Assembly: GCA_965113315.1 (NCBI GenBank)
Contig: OZ220375.1
Direction: 5' to 3' (one strand)
Length of the DNA stretch: 64,000 nucleotides
Origin: Podarcis vaucheri
Taxonomy: Eukaryota
Shown here piece after piece: positions 40,354 through 53,300 of the stretch; position 1 is the stretch's first letter, and every line of letters starts with the position of its first letter. A program made the translations under genes and the position numbers. The notes below the pieces were generated by a model. That model was not told where the DNA came from and did no database searches. It saw nothing but the letters and a program-made list of their open reading frames with translations.

Positions 40354-41395
40354 TATATGTTCTCCCATCTTTTTGTTTACTTTTAAGAAAAGCAGCCATG
40401 AGGATGCAATATTGAGGTGAGAGGAACAGATCCTTACACTTTTTATCTCCATAGGGCTCCACAATAAAATGTGACAGTGTATACGTGGTATGTGTTATCT
40501 GAGCCACTGGATCAGGGATTATAATTTTTTTAACTACCGAATGAGTACCAAAAACAGGAGTCCCTGCCCTAATGTGGCTTTTTATGCTTTGTGCAAAATT
40601 CCTTAAAAGGTTCTGAACAAGTTGAGTACAATTGTGGTTGATCTGGCCTGGGGGCAGAGGTTGGAGGAAATATCTGAAGAGGCAATTCAAGTAGACTGAC
40701 CTCTGATACAATCTGAAAAGTACTAAAGTTGCTGGGCGGGGTGTGGGTGTGTGTGTGTGACTGGCAATCCAAACCCAGCCTTACCTCTTGGTGTGCAGTA
40801 TTGACCTTGCAGGACTGCTCTAAGTTTTTCTATGTCAGCACAGTCCTGCAATATGGGTGCAGACTGAACTACTCTGTTGCAGGGCTGTTGTATACTGCTC
40901 ATTCAGCAAGGTGGGGATAATATAGGAAATAAAAAGAACTGAATGAAATTGCAGGGCTTTTGCACTCTCAACATTTCAGGCCAACACTCAGTGATCGACA
41001 AGGATCAAATACCGGTAGACAACACTACATGTTTATTATAAACCACTTGGAGCCCAATCTACAATATTCAGTGTGCACTACACTACAGGGCTGTTTCCAA
41101 CCTGCTATGTGGATAATGAATTAATTTGCTGTGGAATGTGCATCTGAACATTTCTAAGAATCAGGTTAGAAACTCAAGAAACTTTTCTCTATGCTGTACC
41201 TTTTGGGATAGGTCACTGGGGTGTTCAAATGCATCTTCAGGAGCTGTGTATAACAGAGGCTGCTGAAACTTCCTCTTCTCTACAACTACTTCTGGTGAAG
41301 GAACCATGCCTCCTTTTGCATCTGGTTAACCTATCAGATAAACTCCTGCTCATTCCTAGCTACAGTAAAATCTTGGATTTCTCCATTGAGTTCTA

Positions 41396-42974
41396 CAGGT
41401 GAAACTCGAAAAATTAGAATATCGTGGAAAAATTCATTTATTTCAGTAATTCAACTTAAAAGGTGAAACTACTATATGAGATAGACTCATGACATGCAGA
41501 GTGAGATATGTCAAGCCTTTATTTGTTATAATTGTGATGATTATGGTGTACAGCTGATGAAAACCCCAAATTAACAATCTCAGAAAATTAGAATATTAAA
41601 TGAAATCAGCAAAACAAGGATTGCAAATAAAGCAATATTGGACTCTGAGAAGTAGAAGCATGCATATGTACTCAGTACTTGGTTTGGGCCCCTTTTGCAT
41701 CAATTACTGCCTCAATGCGGTGTGGCATGGATGCCATCAGCCTGTGGCACTGCTGAGGTGTTATGGAAGACCAGGATGCTTCAATAGCAGCCTTCAGCTC
41801 TTCTGCATTGCTCGGTCTCATGTCTCTCATCTTTCTCTTGGCAATGCCCCATAGATTCTCTATGGGGTTTCAGGTCAAGCGAGTTTCCTGGCCAATCAAG
41901 CACAGTAATCCCATGGGCATTGAACCAGGTTTGGGTACTTTTGGCAGTGTGGGCAGGTGCCAGGTCCTGCTGGAAAATGAAGTCAGCATCCCCATAAAGC
42001 TCGTCTGTGGAAGGAAGCATGACGTCCTCCAAAATCTCCTGGTAGACGGCTGTGTTGACCCTGAACTTAATGAAGCACAGTGGACCAACACCAGCTGGTG
42101 ACATGGCTCCCCAAATCAACACAGACTGTGGAAACTTCACTCTGGACTTCAAGTATCTGGCATTGTGTGCCTCCCCATTCTTCCTCCAGACTCTGGGTCC
42201 TTGGTTTCCAAATGAGATGCAAAAGTTGCTCTCATCAGAAAAGAGGACTTGGGACCACTGAGCAACAGACCAGTTCTTTTTTTCTTTAGCCCAGGTAGGA
42301 CACTTCTGACGTTGTTTCTTGTTCAGGAGCGGCTTGACAAGAGGAATACGACATTTGAAGCCCATCTCCAGGATCCTTCTGTGTGTGGTGGCTCTTGATG
42401 CACTAACTCCAGCCTCAGTCCACTCTTTGTGAAAATCCCCAACACGTCTGAATGGTCTTTTCCTGACAATCCTCTCCAGACTGCAGTCATCCCTGCTGCT
42501 TGTGCACCTTTTTCTTCCACATTTTCCCTTCCACAGAACTTTCCATTAATGTGCTTCGATACAGCACTTTGGGTACATGCAACTTCTTCTGCAATTACTT
42601 TTTGAGGCTTTCCCTCCTTATGGAGGGTCTCAATGATGGCTTTCTGTACAACTGTCAGGTCAGCAGCCTTCCCCATGATTGTGCTTCCTACTGAACCAGA
42701 CTGAGAGACCATTTAAAGGGTCAGGAACCCATTACAGGTGTTATGGACTGAATAGCTGCTGCACCTTTTCACGATATTCTAATTTTCTGAGATTGTTAAT
42801 TTGGGGTTTTCATCAGCTGTATGCCATAATCATCACAATTATAACAAATAAAGGCTTGACATATCTTGCTTTGCATGTCATGTGTTTATCTCATATATTA
42901 GTTTCACCTTTTAAGTTGAATTACTGAAATAAATGAACTTTTCCATTATATTCTAATTTTTTGAGTTTCACCTG
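41396..42974 (-). mobile_element. Full-length Tc1 transposon (~200-bp IR/DR TIRs, TA TSD), transposase frameshifted
   Basis: TA|CAGGTGAAACTC...GAGTTTCACCTG|TA; ORFs 42323..42712 and 41781..42365 with DDE motifs. Confidence 0.93.
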
Positions 42975-43254
42975 TATGGACAGTTCTCATTCTCATTCCT
43001 GGGGATATTTAAAAGTAGCTTTTCAGCGTGAACCAGGAGATGAGCTATCCAGACAAGTAGAAAACAGTTAGAAGGTTCTTTGTACACTTTTAGTATGCCA
43101 AGTGTCTCCTCTTCCCTTTTGAGACACTCCATTCTATTAAACTTCCACACCAGTGTCAGATAGGTCACAGATAGTGCATTACATGTTTGAACACCTGGGC
43201 AGTCAACCTCAAAAGTGAGTGGGATAGACCAGAAGTTATGGACAGAGGAAACAA

Positions 43255-43465
43255 CTTATTTATTTATTGCATTTATATCCCACCTTTTTCTCCAAGGAGT
43301 TAAAGGTGGTGAACAGGATTCCACCCTCTGCATTTAATCCCACTAACGACCCATGAGATAGGTTAGGTAGTGACTGGCCCAAGACTATCCAGTGAATTTC
43401 ATACTCAAGTGGGGATTTGAACCCTGGTTTCCCATGTCCCAGCCTCACACTCTGACCACAACAGT
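43255..43465 (-). mobile_element. tRNA-derived (MIR/CORE-like) SINE
   Basis: B-box-like GGGTTCAAATCCCC on minus strand, AATAAAT tail; related copy ~18296-18472. Confidence 0.6.
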
Positions 43466-44210
43466 GTGCTTGAAAAAGTAGGAGTCAGAATGACAGCGTG
43501 TGAAGCACATTTGTCACATTCAATATTTAAACTGCTTTCTTTTATCCCTTATATATTGAATTCAGATTGTAATGCAATACATACAATATGTAAAAAAATA
43601 AAAGCAGCGAGAAATCATACAGCATCTAGCACATTGCAATGGTTACAAGAAGTAGAAAAATCATTAAGTGGTCTGCCCAGGCCCTCAGGAATTTTCAAGT
43701 GGTGCAAGGCTGGGGGGAGTTGGGAACCACTGGAATAAACTCAATTTAGATTTTCCTCCTTTAGTACCCAAGTGTCACCCTGGAGAATTTCAAACTTTAA
43801 AAACCAAACATTTTTGGGGAATCTTAAGATCCCTTCCTTGAGAATAGCAGCATTTCCTATAAAGCAAGCTGCTTTAAAGTGGTCCACAATGTACAAAAAA
43901 TGTTCTGGGGAGAAGAGGAGACTGTAGGCTTGCAGGGGTTCATCCTTTGATGCAAGAAGGGGGTAAATCCCAGCAGATATGCTTGCACAAGAACAAGCTG
44001 TAATGTTCCCACCCACACTGGCCGTAGCCCACGAGGCTGAGGGCCCAGGTGGCAAGTGCCAGATTGGGCTGGTTGGGACTCACAGGGCACATCCAAGATG
44101 AGTTTTGGCACCTGGGGCAGAAAATCCACGCTGTTTTGTGAGGAATGAAGCCGCCTGAAATCTGGCGCCCAAACCTGCTGCTTGAGGCAGCCCTCTCTCA
44201 CTTTATCAAC

Positions 44211-44398
44211 GATGTCAAAGAGAACAACTACCAGACTTTTAGAAGACATCTGAAGGCAGCCCTGTTTAGGGAAGCTTTTTATGTTTGATGGATTACAGTA
44301 TTTTTATATTTTTTGGAGGCTGCCCAGAGTGGCTGGGGAAGCCCAGCCAAATGGGTGGGGTATAAATAATAAATAATTATCATCATCCTCATCATCAT
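44211..44398 (+). mobile_element. L2 3' end fragment
   Basis: Matches the 3' end of the 17838-18296 copy. Confidence 0.7.
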
Positions 44399-44523
44399 CT
44401 CCTGGCAAGGCTGATCCTGCTGCCGGGAAGCTTTAGCGCAAGCCCGTCTCCCTCCCTTCCCTCCCAGCCAGACGATGATGGGCTCTTACTCCCCGTGAAG
44501 CCCCCGCAAGAACCGCCGCCCAC

Positions 44524-44659
44524 CAGTGGCGTAGCGGGTGCAGGGGGGGGGGCCGGCCGCAACATCTGGGGGTTAGGGTTAGGGGGCGCAAATCCACGGG
44601 TTAGGGGGCGCAAATTACTTGCCTTGCCCCGGGTGCTGACAACCCACGCTACGCCACTG
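44524..44659 (+). mobile_element. hAT-type MITE with telomeric TTAGGG repeats (copy 1)
   Basis: TIRs CAGTGGCGTAGCG / CGCTACGCCACTG; TSD CCGCCCAC (44516-44523, 44660-44667). Confidence 0.9.
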
Positions 44660-44932
44660 CCGCCCACGAGCCCCGGGGCCGAAGAGGCAGGCGGCGGAGG
44701 CGCAGAAGGAGAGAAGCGGCGCAGGCCCACCTTGGCCCGGACGACCTACTTCGCAGGGTTGTTGTGTCGCGAAGCGAGCGAGCCAAGAGCTTTTCCGAGG
44801 ACAAAACAGCGACAGAGCAAGAGGAAATCCTGTGGCTACTGGTGGTCCTTATTTCACAGCGACCCCCCTTGCCAAAGACAGCACCACACGCGCAGCCGGC
44901 TGCGTGCACACGTTCGCTCTCCTCCCCGTGTC

Positions 44933-45050
44933 ACCTACCTCACAAGCTCCTCTCCTCGCGGAAGACACCCCTCCCCTCCCGCCCAGCGGCCTTTTCGCAC
45001 CGCCTCACGGGAAGGCGACGGACCCGCCCGGCCCGAAAGGAGCCGCTCGC
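44933..45050 (-). other. INVS: Probable non-coding exon 1 of INVS (donor after 44939; 5' end unknown)
   Basis: Strong minus-strand donor GAG|GTAGGT within the CpG island; exon 2 has an acceptor upstream of its ATG. Confidence 0.5.
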
Positions 45051-45396
45051 CAGCCGTGGCCTCGGGCCCTGCCGCTCCGCCTGGCGGCCAGAGAGGGCGC
45101 TGGCGGGAGCGAAGCCGGGCCCAGCCTGCCGCCGCCGCCGCCGCTAACTCGGGGGACGTTTCCCGGCGTGCCTTCGAACCCGGAACTGGGCGTCGTGAGG
45201 GGAAAGAGGGCGGGCGGGAGGAAGGGGAGGCGGCGCAGAGCGAGAGCCGACCTCCTCGTCTTCCTCCTCTCCGTGTCGGCGCCCGCCCGCCCGCCCGCCG
45301 CGCACTTCCCCTGGAGGCCGGGGGGAAAGAGAGCCACAGAGCCGCAGCGGCAGGGAGACCGAGCCACCCACCGCCTCACGCGCCCCCCCCCCCGCC

Positions 45397-45456
45397 ATGA
45401 GAGCTGCCGCCATCTTCCCCGAGCCCGGGGGCCGCCGCCGCCTCCTCCTCTTTCTG
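45397..45456 (+). CDS. ERP44: ERp44 exon 1 coding part (signal peptide start) MRAAAIFPEPGGRRRLLLFL
   Basis: Kozak cccgccATG, phase-0 donor CTG|gtgagc compatible with exon 2. Confidence 0.85.
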
Positions 45457-45763
45457 GTGAGCTGAGGGGAGAAGGAAGGGGGGCGGGCGGGGGTGGGGGA
45501 AGAGCCGCCTGAGGCGGAGATACTGGGGGGGGCGGGGGGTTGTTGCTGTTTCGGGGGGGGGCGCTGGGCTGCGGGTCCTCCCGGCTCGCCCGGTATCCCT
45601 GTGAAACCGGGTCGGGGTGGGGCGGCCGCTAGCGCTGGTGTGGCTCAGCCTGATAGGCTGCCGGCTCCTCAGACCCGGAATCGGCCCGGCAGCCGGCGTG
45701 GGGGCGCGGTGCTCGGCCCGGCTCGCTGAGGGGAAGGAAGGCGCCTCGTTCCGTGCCCCCCAG

Positions 45764-45909
45764 CAGTGGCGTAGCGTGGGGGGTGCAGGGGGGGCCCCCG
45801 CACCAGGCGCAACATCTGGGGGTTAGGGTTAGGGGGTGCAAATCCACGGGTTAGGGCGCGCAAATTACTTGCCTTGCCCCGGGTGCTGACAACCCACGCT
45901 ACGCCACTG
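45764..45909 (+). mobile_element. hAT-type MITE with telomeric TTAGGG repeats (copy 2)
   Basis: Perfect 17-bp TIRs CAGTGGCGTAGCGTGGG / CCCACGCTACGCCACTG; TSD CCCCCCAG (45756-45763, 45910-45917). Confidence 0.9.
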
Positions 45910-46394
45910 CCCCCCAGACCCATCTGAGAAGCCCAGCTGAGGCCCTGGGTGGCTTCAGAAGAGGGTTAGGGGAAGACGAGCCACGGCGACTGTGGCCTGG
46001 CTTACCCAGCTGGAGGCAGCCACGCTGAAGTGTATTTTATGGTGTGTTTGTGGGTCTTCTCTCTCTGTATCGCGTAACTATGGCACGAAATGAGTTGCGC
46101 TGCTTGGATGCCTTTGGTCAGGGCTGTTTGGTCCGAGATGTGGTTTAAGAGCCCAAGGAGGCGTCGTGCAAGGCCTTGGTCTACAAAGTTGCCACCCTCT
46201 AATTTCCTCCAGACTCTGCACCTGCAGGGTGTAGGTGGCTGTCCGTTATAGGGACTCAGACTTCACAACTTCTCAAGGAACCGGGATCCCAGCTTAGGAG
46301 TTGCAGCCGAGAAAGACCGGGATTGGAGGGGGGAGACTTGTTTCGGACACACCTCCCCCCCAGACCCAAGTTCAGTTTGAAGTGTGAAAGTCAG

Positions 46395-46590
46395 GCTGTG
46401 TCAACCTGTGGAACTTGCTCCAACAGGAGGCAGTGATGACACCAACTTGGATGACTTTACAGGAGGGTTAGAAGAATTTGTGGAGGAGAAGAGGTCTGTC
46501 AAGGGCTACTAGCCATGGTGGCTATACTTTTCCATCCACAGTTGGAGCCAGCAATGCTTCTGAATGCTAGTTGCTGGAAACCACAGGTGG
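46395..46590 (+). mobile_element. CR1 3' fragment
   Basis: ctgtggaacttgctccaacaggaggcagtgatg..ccaacttggatg, typical CR1 ORF2 end. Confidence 0.6.
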
Positions 46591-49500
46591 TGTGGGTGTG
46601 TGTGTGGGTGTGTGTGTCTGTGTGTGTGTCTGTGTGTGTCTGCCTACCTGCCTGCCACTGTTCTGTATCACTTAACTAGTGCATAAAATAAGTGATGCTG
46701 CTTGAATTTTTTGGTCAAAGCTCTTTTGCTCTGAGGTGTGATTAAAATACCAAGGCAGTGTTAAATGATGTCTGGGGTGCAAAATGCCACCATCTAATTT
46801 CCTCCAGACTCTGAGAAGTAAGGATCACTTCCATATCTGTTGAGTGCGGATAGCTTAAGGTAGGCCCAAGACATTTTGGCACCTGAGGCAAACCACAATA
46901 TGGTGCCTCACCCCTCTCCAAGGAAGAAGGGGTGAGGGAAGATCTACATCAGGAACATAGAGGGAATAAAGATTGGGATCTGCTGCCCCTGGGGATGCTG
47001 CCAGCTGAGAGATCACCTTACCTCATGGGTGAACTGGCCCTGGAGAGTGCTTTCTGTTACAGGGATTTAAACTTTATAACTCCCGAAGAACAATGGTGCT
47101 CAGTCTGTTCTGGCAGGAATTGGTTTGTGTGTGATGCGGAGTTGGATAAATTTAGAATTATTACTATTCTGTGCTTAAAATGAACAATTTAAACTGTCTG
47201 AAAAGATTATTTGATAACAACTCCTTCCCGCTTCCTTGTGTCCCTGATTGACCCTTTTGATCATTCTTTGTCTGAGAGGTAATTCTACTGTGACATCCCT
47301 GTACGAAAGGTGCAAGTATAGAGTTGGCTGGGATGTAGGGAACAGCTACAGTTGGGGGACTTCATCACATCAGTGAAAATCAAATTTTAGTCTGGTGCAT
47401 AGATCTACAGAGTTCAGCTTCTTGAAATAGATCTGCAATATCCATATATCGGGCTCTTTTTTGGCCTTTTATAATGATAGCTTTTTCTGTACCTCTTTCT
47501 TTAAGGTTAGATGAACTTGGACTGTGACATGAACAAACCAAGAATTCTGTTATTGCTTCTTTCAGTGAAACATTGGGGAACCTCTTTAAGAGGTGGATGA
47601 TAATGTGATGGTTGGCTTGTCAATGGATAGGAATTACTGATAGCAAAAAAGAGGAGTGAGAGTTGATGGCCCTTAGGTTTGATTCCCTTACTAGGAGCAC
47701 ACAGAGCTATATTAATTTATGGAAATTGCAGTTGCTCATAAGAAGTTTTTAAACAATTTATCATGACTGCTTCTCTTATAGTCTGATTCAAACATGCATG
47801 CTTAGAAGTCCAATTGATTACCTCTGGGCAAGTATGCTTAGGATCACAGCTGTGGTTGCACAAAAAAAAAAAGTAGTTAGAATGGCATTAACTACTCACT
47901 CCTTTCTTTCCTGTGGTTACAATGTGCTTTGTGCAATTTATAAATGATACTACCTTGTTGAGTTTCCTAAATCTGGACATGTGGAAAATCTATATTTACA
48001 GTATCTTAATGCTGAATCGCCTTCATTTTTCTTAAACCGAGTAGTATTTACACAGAGCACCTGAGACAAGTGTTAAAAACTCAGATATATAAGCTGGGCA
48101 CCAAATGACTCCTTAAACCGGGGCTACGGTCATCAAAAAGGAATGTCTAGTTGCTGTTTGGGGGCCAGATGGCTTGAAAGTCATATTTTTCAATAAAAGT
48201 TTTTGGTTCCTGAAATTTGTTCTGATTGTGCAGATAAAATATAGTGGATCGAATTCTACAGAATGTGTTGTTAGTGTGTGAAAACACGCTAGATCCAAGG
48301 ATTCCCAGGCATAGACCTCCAGATGGTGGAGACGTCTGGTGCTATTCTGGCGCCTGGGCATCTTGGTCACAAGTGGCCAATAGCCAGGTGCAAAATGTGC
48401 CTGGCGAATTTTGAATGCTGCCTTAGACATGGGTCTACAGTCCTGCAATCAAGTATGGTCTTTTAACTTCAGGTTTGTAATTCAAGGTTGTTTATTAAAA
48501 TAAAGCAAGAAAAAGGAGATATCAGAAAGTGAATTAAAAAGAAAACAGTAATTTTCTAACTGATTCTTTCTCTAGCACCTTATCTCACTGTGACTTTCAT
48601 CAGGCAGCAGCATCCTTACTTCATGCAGAGTGATTTGGCAGTGGCAACCAGGGTACCTTAAGCTATCCACTTTGAAGACATGCACCAAGTGATTTGATTG
48701 ACAAGGGGAAAGTTAACACCCAAACAAATAGGTTTCATTGTAAGTTCAGAACTTACTCATTCCTTAGCCCATGAAAGTAGTTTTAGGTGGCATAAATTGG
48801 GAAGGTTGTCTCTTTGGTTCCTGTCAGACAAGTTTAAAGGGCAAAACAGCCTTGTGTGTCTATGTATTGTTAACCTTGTCTAATGGAAGATAAGTTTTTA
48901 TCAGACATAATGTTGAAGGAACAAAGTGTTGAAGCAGCTTTGATTTTCATCACAGGTATTCATCAGATTAGTACAGCAGGAGAATCCTGTAAAAATTGAC
49001 TGGTGCTGTTTCTGTCTTTCTTACTCAACCAAAACTAAGCCATCTAATTTTATTATTTCTCATGAACAAGCAGAGAGATAAGTAGCACTTAAATGCTGAA
49101 GGGGGTGGGTGGGATGGCATATGAATCTGCCCTTTTCAAAAAGACTTGGCTTGTTTCAAATCGGGCCACAATCCTATCAAGTTTGGGTCTGACTCGAAAT
49201 GCTTTCCTTTCTTGAGCATAAAAAAAACAGCTGCTGAATCAAGCAAAACCATAAACAGTGTTGCCAGAGGAAACAAGAACTGGCCAAGAGATTTTGATAT
49301 CTGGTTTGCACTTAACACTAAACCACATTAGAATGTGCCATACCCCTTCCCCCTTATCTCACATTGCCATATTAAAGGGCTTTGCTAGCATTTAGTTTCC
49401 CTTTCAGAGAATCATAGCTTAGCATGTACAAACCATAGAATTGTAGAGTTGGAATTGACTGCAAGTGTTAGCTAGTCAGCCATCTTCATAACCCATGGTT

Positions 49501-50094
49501 TGAAGTTGGCTTGTTTAAAAATTGTCTAGAAGATTTCATACTACATTCTGTGAGTCTTACGTCATTTGAAGCCAGGATTATTTGGAAGTTAACATGAACT
49601 CTAGGAAAGTCCTTTTTCCAGCTGCATAGGAGATGAGTAGGGGAGAGCACAGAAGTTGGAGGCTTCACTCAGGCCAGTTTGGCTGACGCACATAGTGCAT
49701 GGTTTAATGTTATATGTGAACCAGAACAAATTGTGCTTGCCAGTCCTTTGTAGTTGAAAAAGGCCAAATTGTATTTCTCAAGTTCCATTTCTTAGTCATA
49801 TGGTTAACAGAACTTTGACTACAAAATCTTTGCAATAGAGACCAAGGTATGGTGGGACTGAGTTGTATTAACCAGCTTCTGTAGTTGCAGAAATATCTCC
49901 AAAGATAGTAACATAAGAAGCTGTCTTATACCAAGTCATTGACCATTGATTCACCTAGCTTAGTATTATCCACTGATTGGCAGTGGCACCCCAGATTTTC
50001 AGTCAAGGGATCTTTCCATGTTTATCTGTAGATGCTGGAGACTAATCCTGGGACCAGTGTTCTTCCACTTATACTAATCTCTTTATTGTTATCA

Positions 50095-50327
50095 CTATAC
50101 TCTACTCTTTATTGTTAACATATACTTGTTAAGGGTATACGTACTCTATCCTTAACATATACTTTGAGGCTTCAAAGCACATACATTTCAATAATCCTTG
50201 AGTGTAAGACAGGCACAAAAAATGGCACCCAGACTTTTAGAGGTGCTCACAAATGGAGAATCTTCAGGCACAAAATGTGCTGGAGTCCTGCTAATTTCAA
50301 ACTCTGCACACATCAAGGCGACCTCAA
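50095..50327. repeat. Dispersed repeat, probable hAT right end (second copy ~53520-53716)
   Basis: Two visibly similar copies ending CTAATTTC(A/G)AAC(T/C)CTG. Confidence 0.6.
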
Positions 50328-53300
50328 CTTCTTACAGCTTTTGTATCTGGATGCCAGGGGAATAATTATATGACATAGATGACCAGGAAAGTGGCTAGTG
50401 AGCAAATGGCCCAGTTTGCATTTCAAATTAAATCAAACCTGAAAATGAAACGAAGTGTGGTTTAAATGAAGTTTTCATTATGGTCCTCTCTGGGTGCCGC
50501 AAAACAAACCAGAGTTATGTTATGGTTTGTTATGTTAGGCTTGTATGACATGATAAGCCAGACTCTGGCTTGTTGTGAGGCAGGTATGGGGAAGAATCAC
50601 AGCAATAACTTTTCAGTAGTGTGCACCAGCATTCTGCATTTTCACATTAAATGCTGTTGGGGTTTTTTAAACTGTGATCAAATGTGATGTGTGAACCAGC
50701 TCAATGCTTTGAAAGCTGTTGAGCAAATGATGCAGATTAAGATTCCATTTAAATATTGAGTGAGCCTTTAATTGAGTTATTACTGTGTGTTTTCTGCCGT
50801 CTCTTGAGCTGTGCCGTCACCTGATGATTAAAAACAAATTATGGATTTTATGGTACATGGCTCTGGTTTTGGAAGGCAGTTCCTGTATTAATTTCATTAG
50901 TGTATGGATTATGTTTCATGTGGGATACACTTAGAAAAAATGATGAATTGGAGGTATCTGAGAGGGTAAGGAGAACAATCAAATAGTGAACTTAGGGAGA
51001 AAGCAAAAATTATAGAAGCTAGAAGAATAGGAAACAAAATAATTGAGAGCTTGTTTTTATTGATGATTGATCCATGTTGATCAGATCAAAGTACATTTAG
51101 AATATACTTGTATACTGTTGTATTAACATAGCTGGAAAAAAATAAAAATCCTGGTACTAGCAGCAAATAGTATGCTCCATTCTAGTATTCCAGAGTTAGA
51201 AAAAATGCTAGTATTCAGCGTTATTTTTAAAGCCCAATATAAACATATTGTGTGTTTATATAAACTGATACAAACTTGCTGTGTGAGTTTTGATATCTGC
51301 AAGTACTGAATAAGACAGAAGCAACTAGGTAGTTTTGGTTTTGGATGGTGTTTTAAGTGACGCTTAAAGGATATCATAAATTGAGCTCATGGTATTTTGA
51401 GCAATATTTGTATATTTAAATGGGTACATGTTGCTTTGTGCTAATAAGTATGTTTGTAATAATGTGAGTACTTCCCTGTTCTTATTTCAGTTACCAGTTT
51501 CCACTCAGCAGTTACTAGTAGAAATTTTTGTGTACAGAGATCAAAGAGATAGGAGTCTACTTATAAAATGTGATTGTGGAAATTAGCTCACTGTTGCTCT
51601 AGGACTGCTGTAGTACTTAATGGAGCATATTTAATAGTAGCAAAAAGCATGCTAACTTACAAAGGTTTATGCTATTTGTGTATATTCAAGGGCTGGTTTA
51701 ACCCAAACATTCAGTGGAATCCTTGACACACAGCCTGATGAAAGTCTGAGTGATGTACAAAGGTGAAACCAGGGAACATTGCTGAAGGGAAGAAAATTGT
51801 CATGGAGACTTCTTAGGAAAGCGATAGATTTGTGGACTGACTCTTCCTGTTCATGTGGATTCTTGAGACGACTGTAACAGCATTCACACATCATGGTAAA
51901 CTGTATAGTGATGTAGTGTGCACAACCTGATCTCACCCACTTTGTTCATCCTTGCTATTGTGGGGAAAACAAACCATGATCCCTAATTTAGCATTGTGTC
52001 TAAACTGGGAACTGTGGTTTTGCTTAAAACAGCACTAACCTTTGGTTTGGAGCAAGACAAAGCACAGTCCTTGATTCCAAAACAGTAAGCTTCTTTTAAC
52101 CCTCAGGGTAGAGCAAAACAGCTCAGTTCAGCACATTCATGTTAAACTGTCAACTGTGACATGCACAGTGAGCCTCTATATCTGATAGGCTGCAAGGAAT
52201 TAGAGTACAAGAATGGAATAAATATGTCTTCTAATTCTGTGGCTTCAATCTGATGCTACCTTTGCCCAGATCCTTAACTGTTGTTTTTTAATACAAGCCA
52301 ACAGTTGTAACAAAAAGTTATAGTTAAGTAAAAATGTATCCGTTTTAGACTCCTAATGAGTACAGTAACAGTTTTCAGGACATTGCCCTGTTCACCTTAC
52401 ATCCTTATTTCAGACATTGTGATACGTATCAAAATATCACAATGTTTAGCTGGTGATATATCATGATGTAGGAAGCCAGACATTGCTCAGCCCTAGTGAA
52501 GTGTGAGAGCAATTTTCAAATGAAAAGTGCTGAACCCTTCCTCTGGCCCACCCGTCCTTGTAACTTTTATCTTACCTGGGCTTATATCTAGTCTTGAAGC
52601 CCATGAGAGGGGAATGGGTGGACAGAGCTTTCTCAGCATTTCTTCGCCACTTGAAATTCTAGTACCGTCACCCATGCCTTACAGCTGTTCAGCAGCCTAC
52701 TTTTGAAGACTTACCTTTTTTATTTTCTGTCATCACATCTTATTCTGCTGACCAACTTTGGTTTGCCCTGATGTACATAATACTGTCAATTGTAAAAAGG
52801 TTTCTGACCCCATTTTGGGTATGTTGTAATTTCTAATTTTGTGTCTAGTAGCCCTTTTCACTTCAGCAACACCTTTGCTCATTAAGCTTTCTTGACAGGA
52901 GGTTGGGTTTCTATTTAGGGCTAATTGAGAGAACTGTGCTGGAAATGTATGTAAATTGCATTTAAGAGAGGCTTAGGAGTAACGATTTCATGGTATGAGA
53001 GTTTCTGCAACACCACTGTATTGGAGATTATTGATTTATTTAAAGATGTTCACCTTAGATAGCCCCAGATCCCTTGTGTATGTACATAGTCATGTAAGGC
53101 TATATGTCTATCAATGTTCATATAGTACTTAAAAGCATAACTTTTGTAATACAGGGAGGTCAGGACCAAGTCCCATGCCCACCAGACTCTTTCTCCACAG
53201 AGCTTCTAGCAGGTAGTACCTGACTGCCCAAATGATTGAAGGAGCCCAGGGTTATGATCTTCTTTATTCAACCAAATTTGTATATCACTTGATGTATTGA

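Larger units (their letters stand above)
44400..45950. promoter_or_regulatory. CpG island / bidirectional INVS-ERP44 promoter
   Basis: Very GC- and CpG-rich; lies between divergent first exons; GC boxes, ETS CCGGAA ~45180, possible ZNF143-like TTTCCCGGCGTGCC ~45159-45172. Confidence 0.88.

Noticed and set aside
42515-42535. Programmed -1 ribosomal frameshift in the Tc1 transposase
   Set aside because: In-frame codons AGG GAA AAT do not form a canonical X XXY YYZ slippery site; both copies have additional lesions near the catalytic Glu
44568-45860. TTAGGG repeats as a relic chromosome fusion or telomere-healing site
   Set aside because: Only 2-3 units, and internal to a TIR/TSD-bounded MITE present twice
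44395-45923. Long overlapping ORFs (301 aa, 226 aa, etc.) in the CpG island
   Set aside because: Low-complexity Pro/Arg/Gly/Ala products expected from stop-poor GC-rich DNA; they run through MITEs
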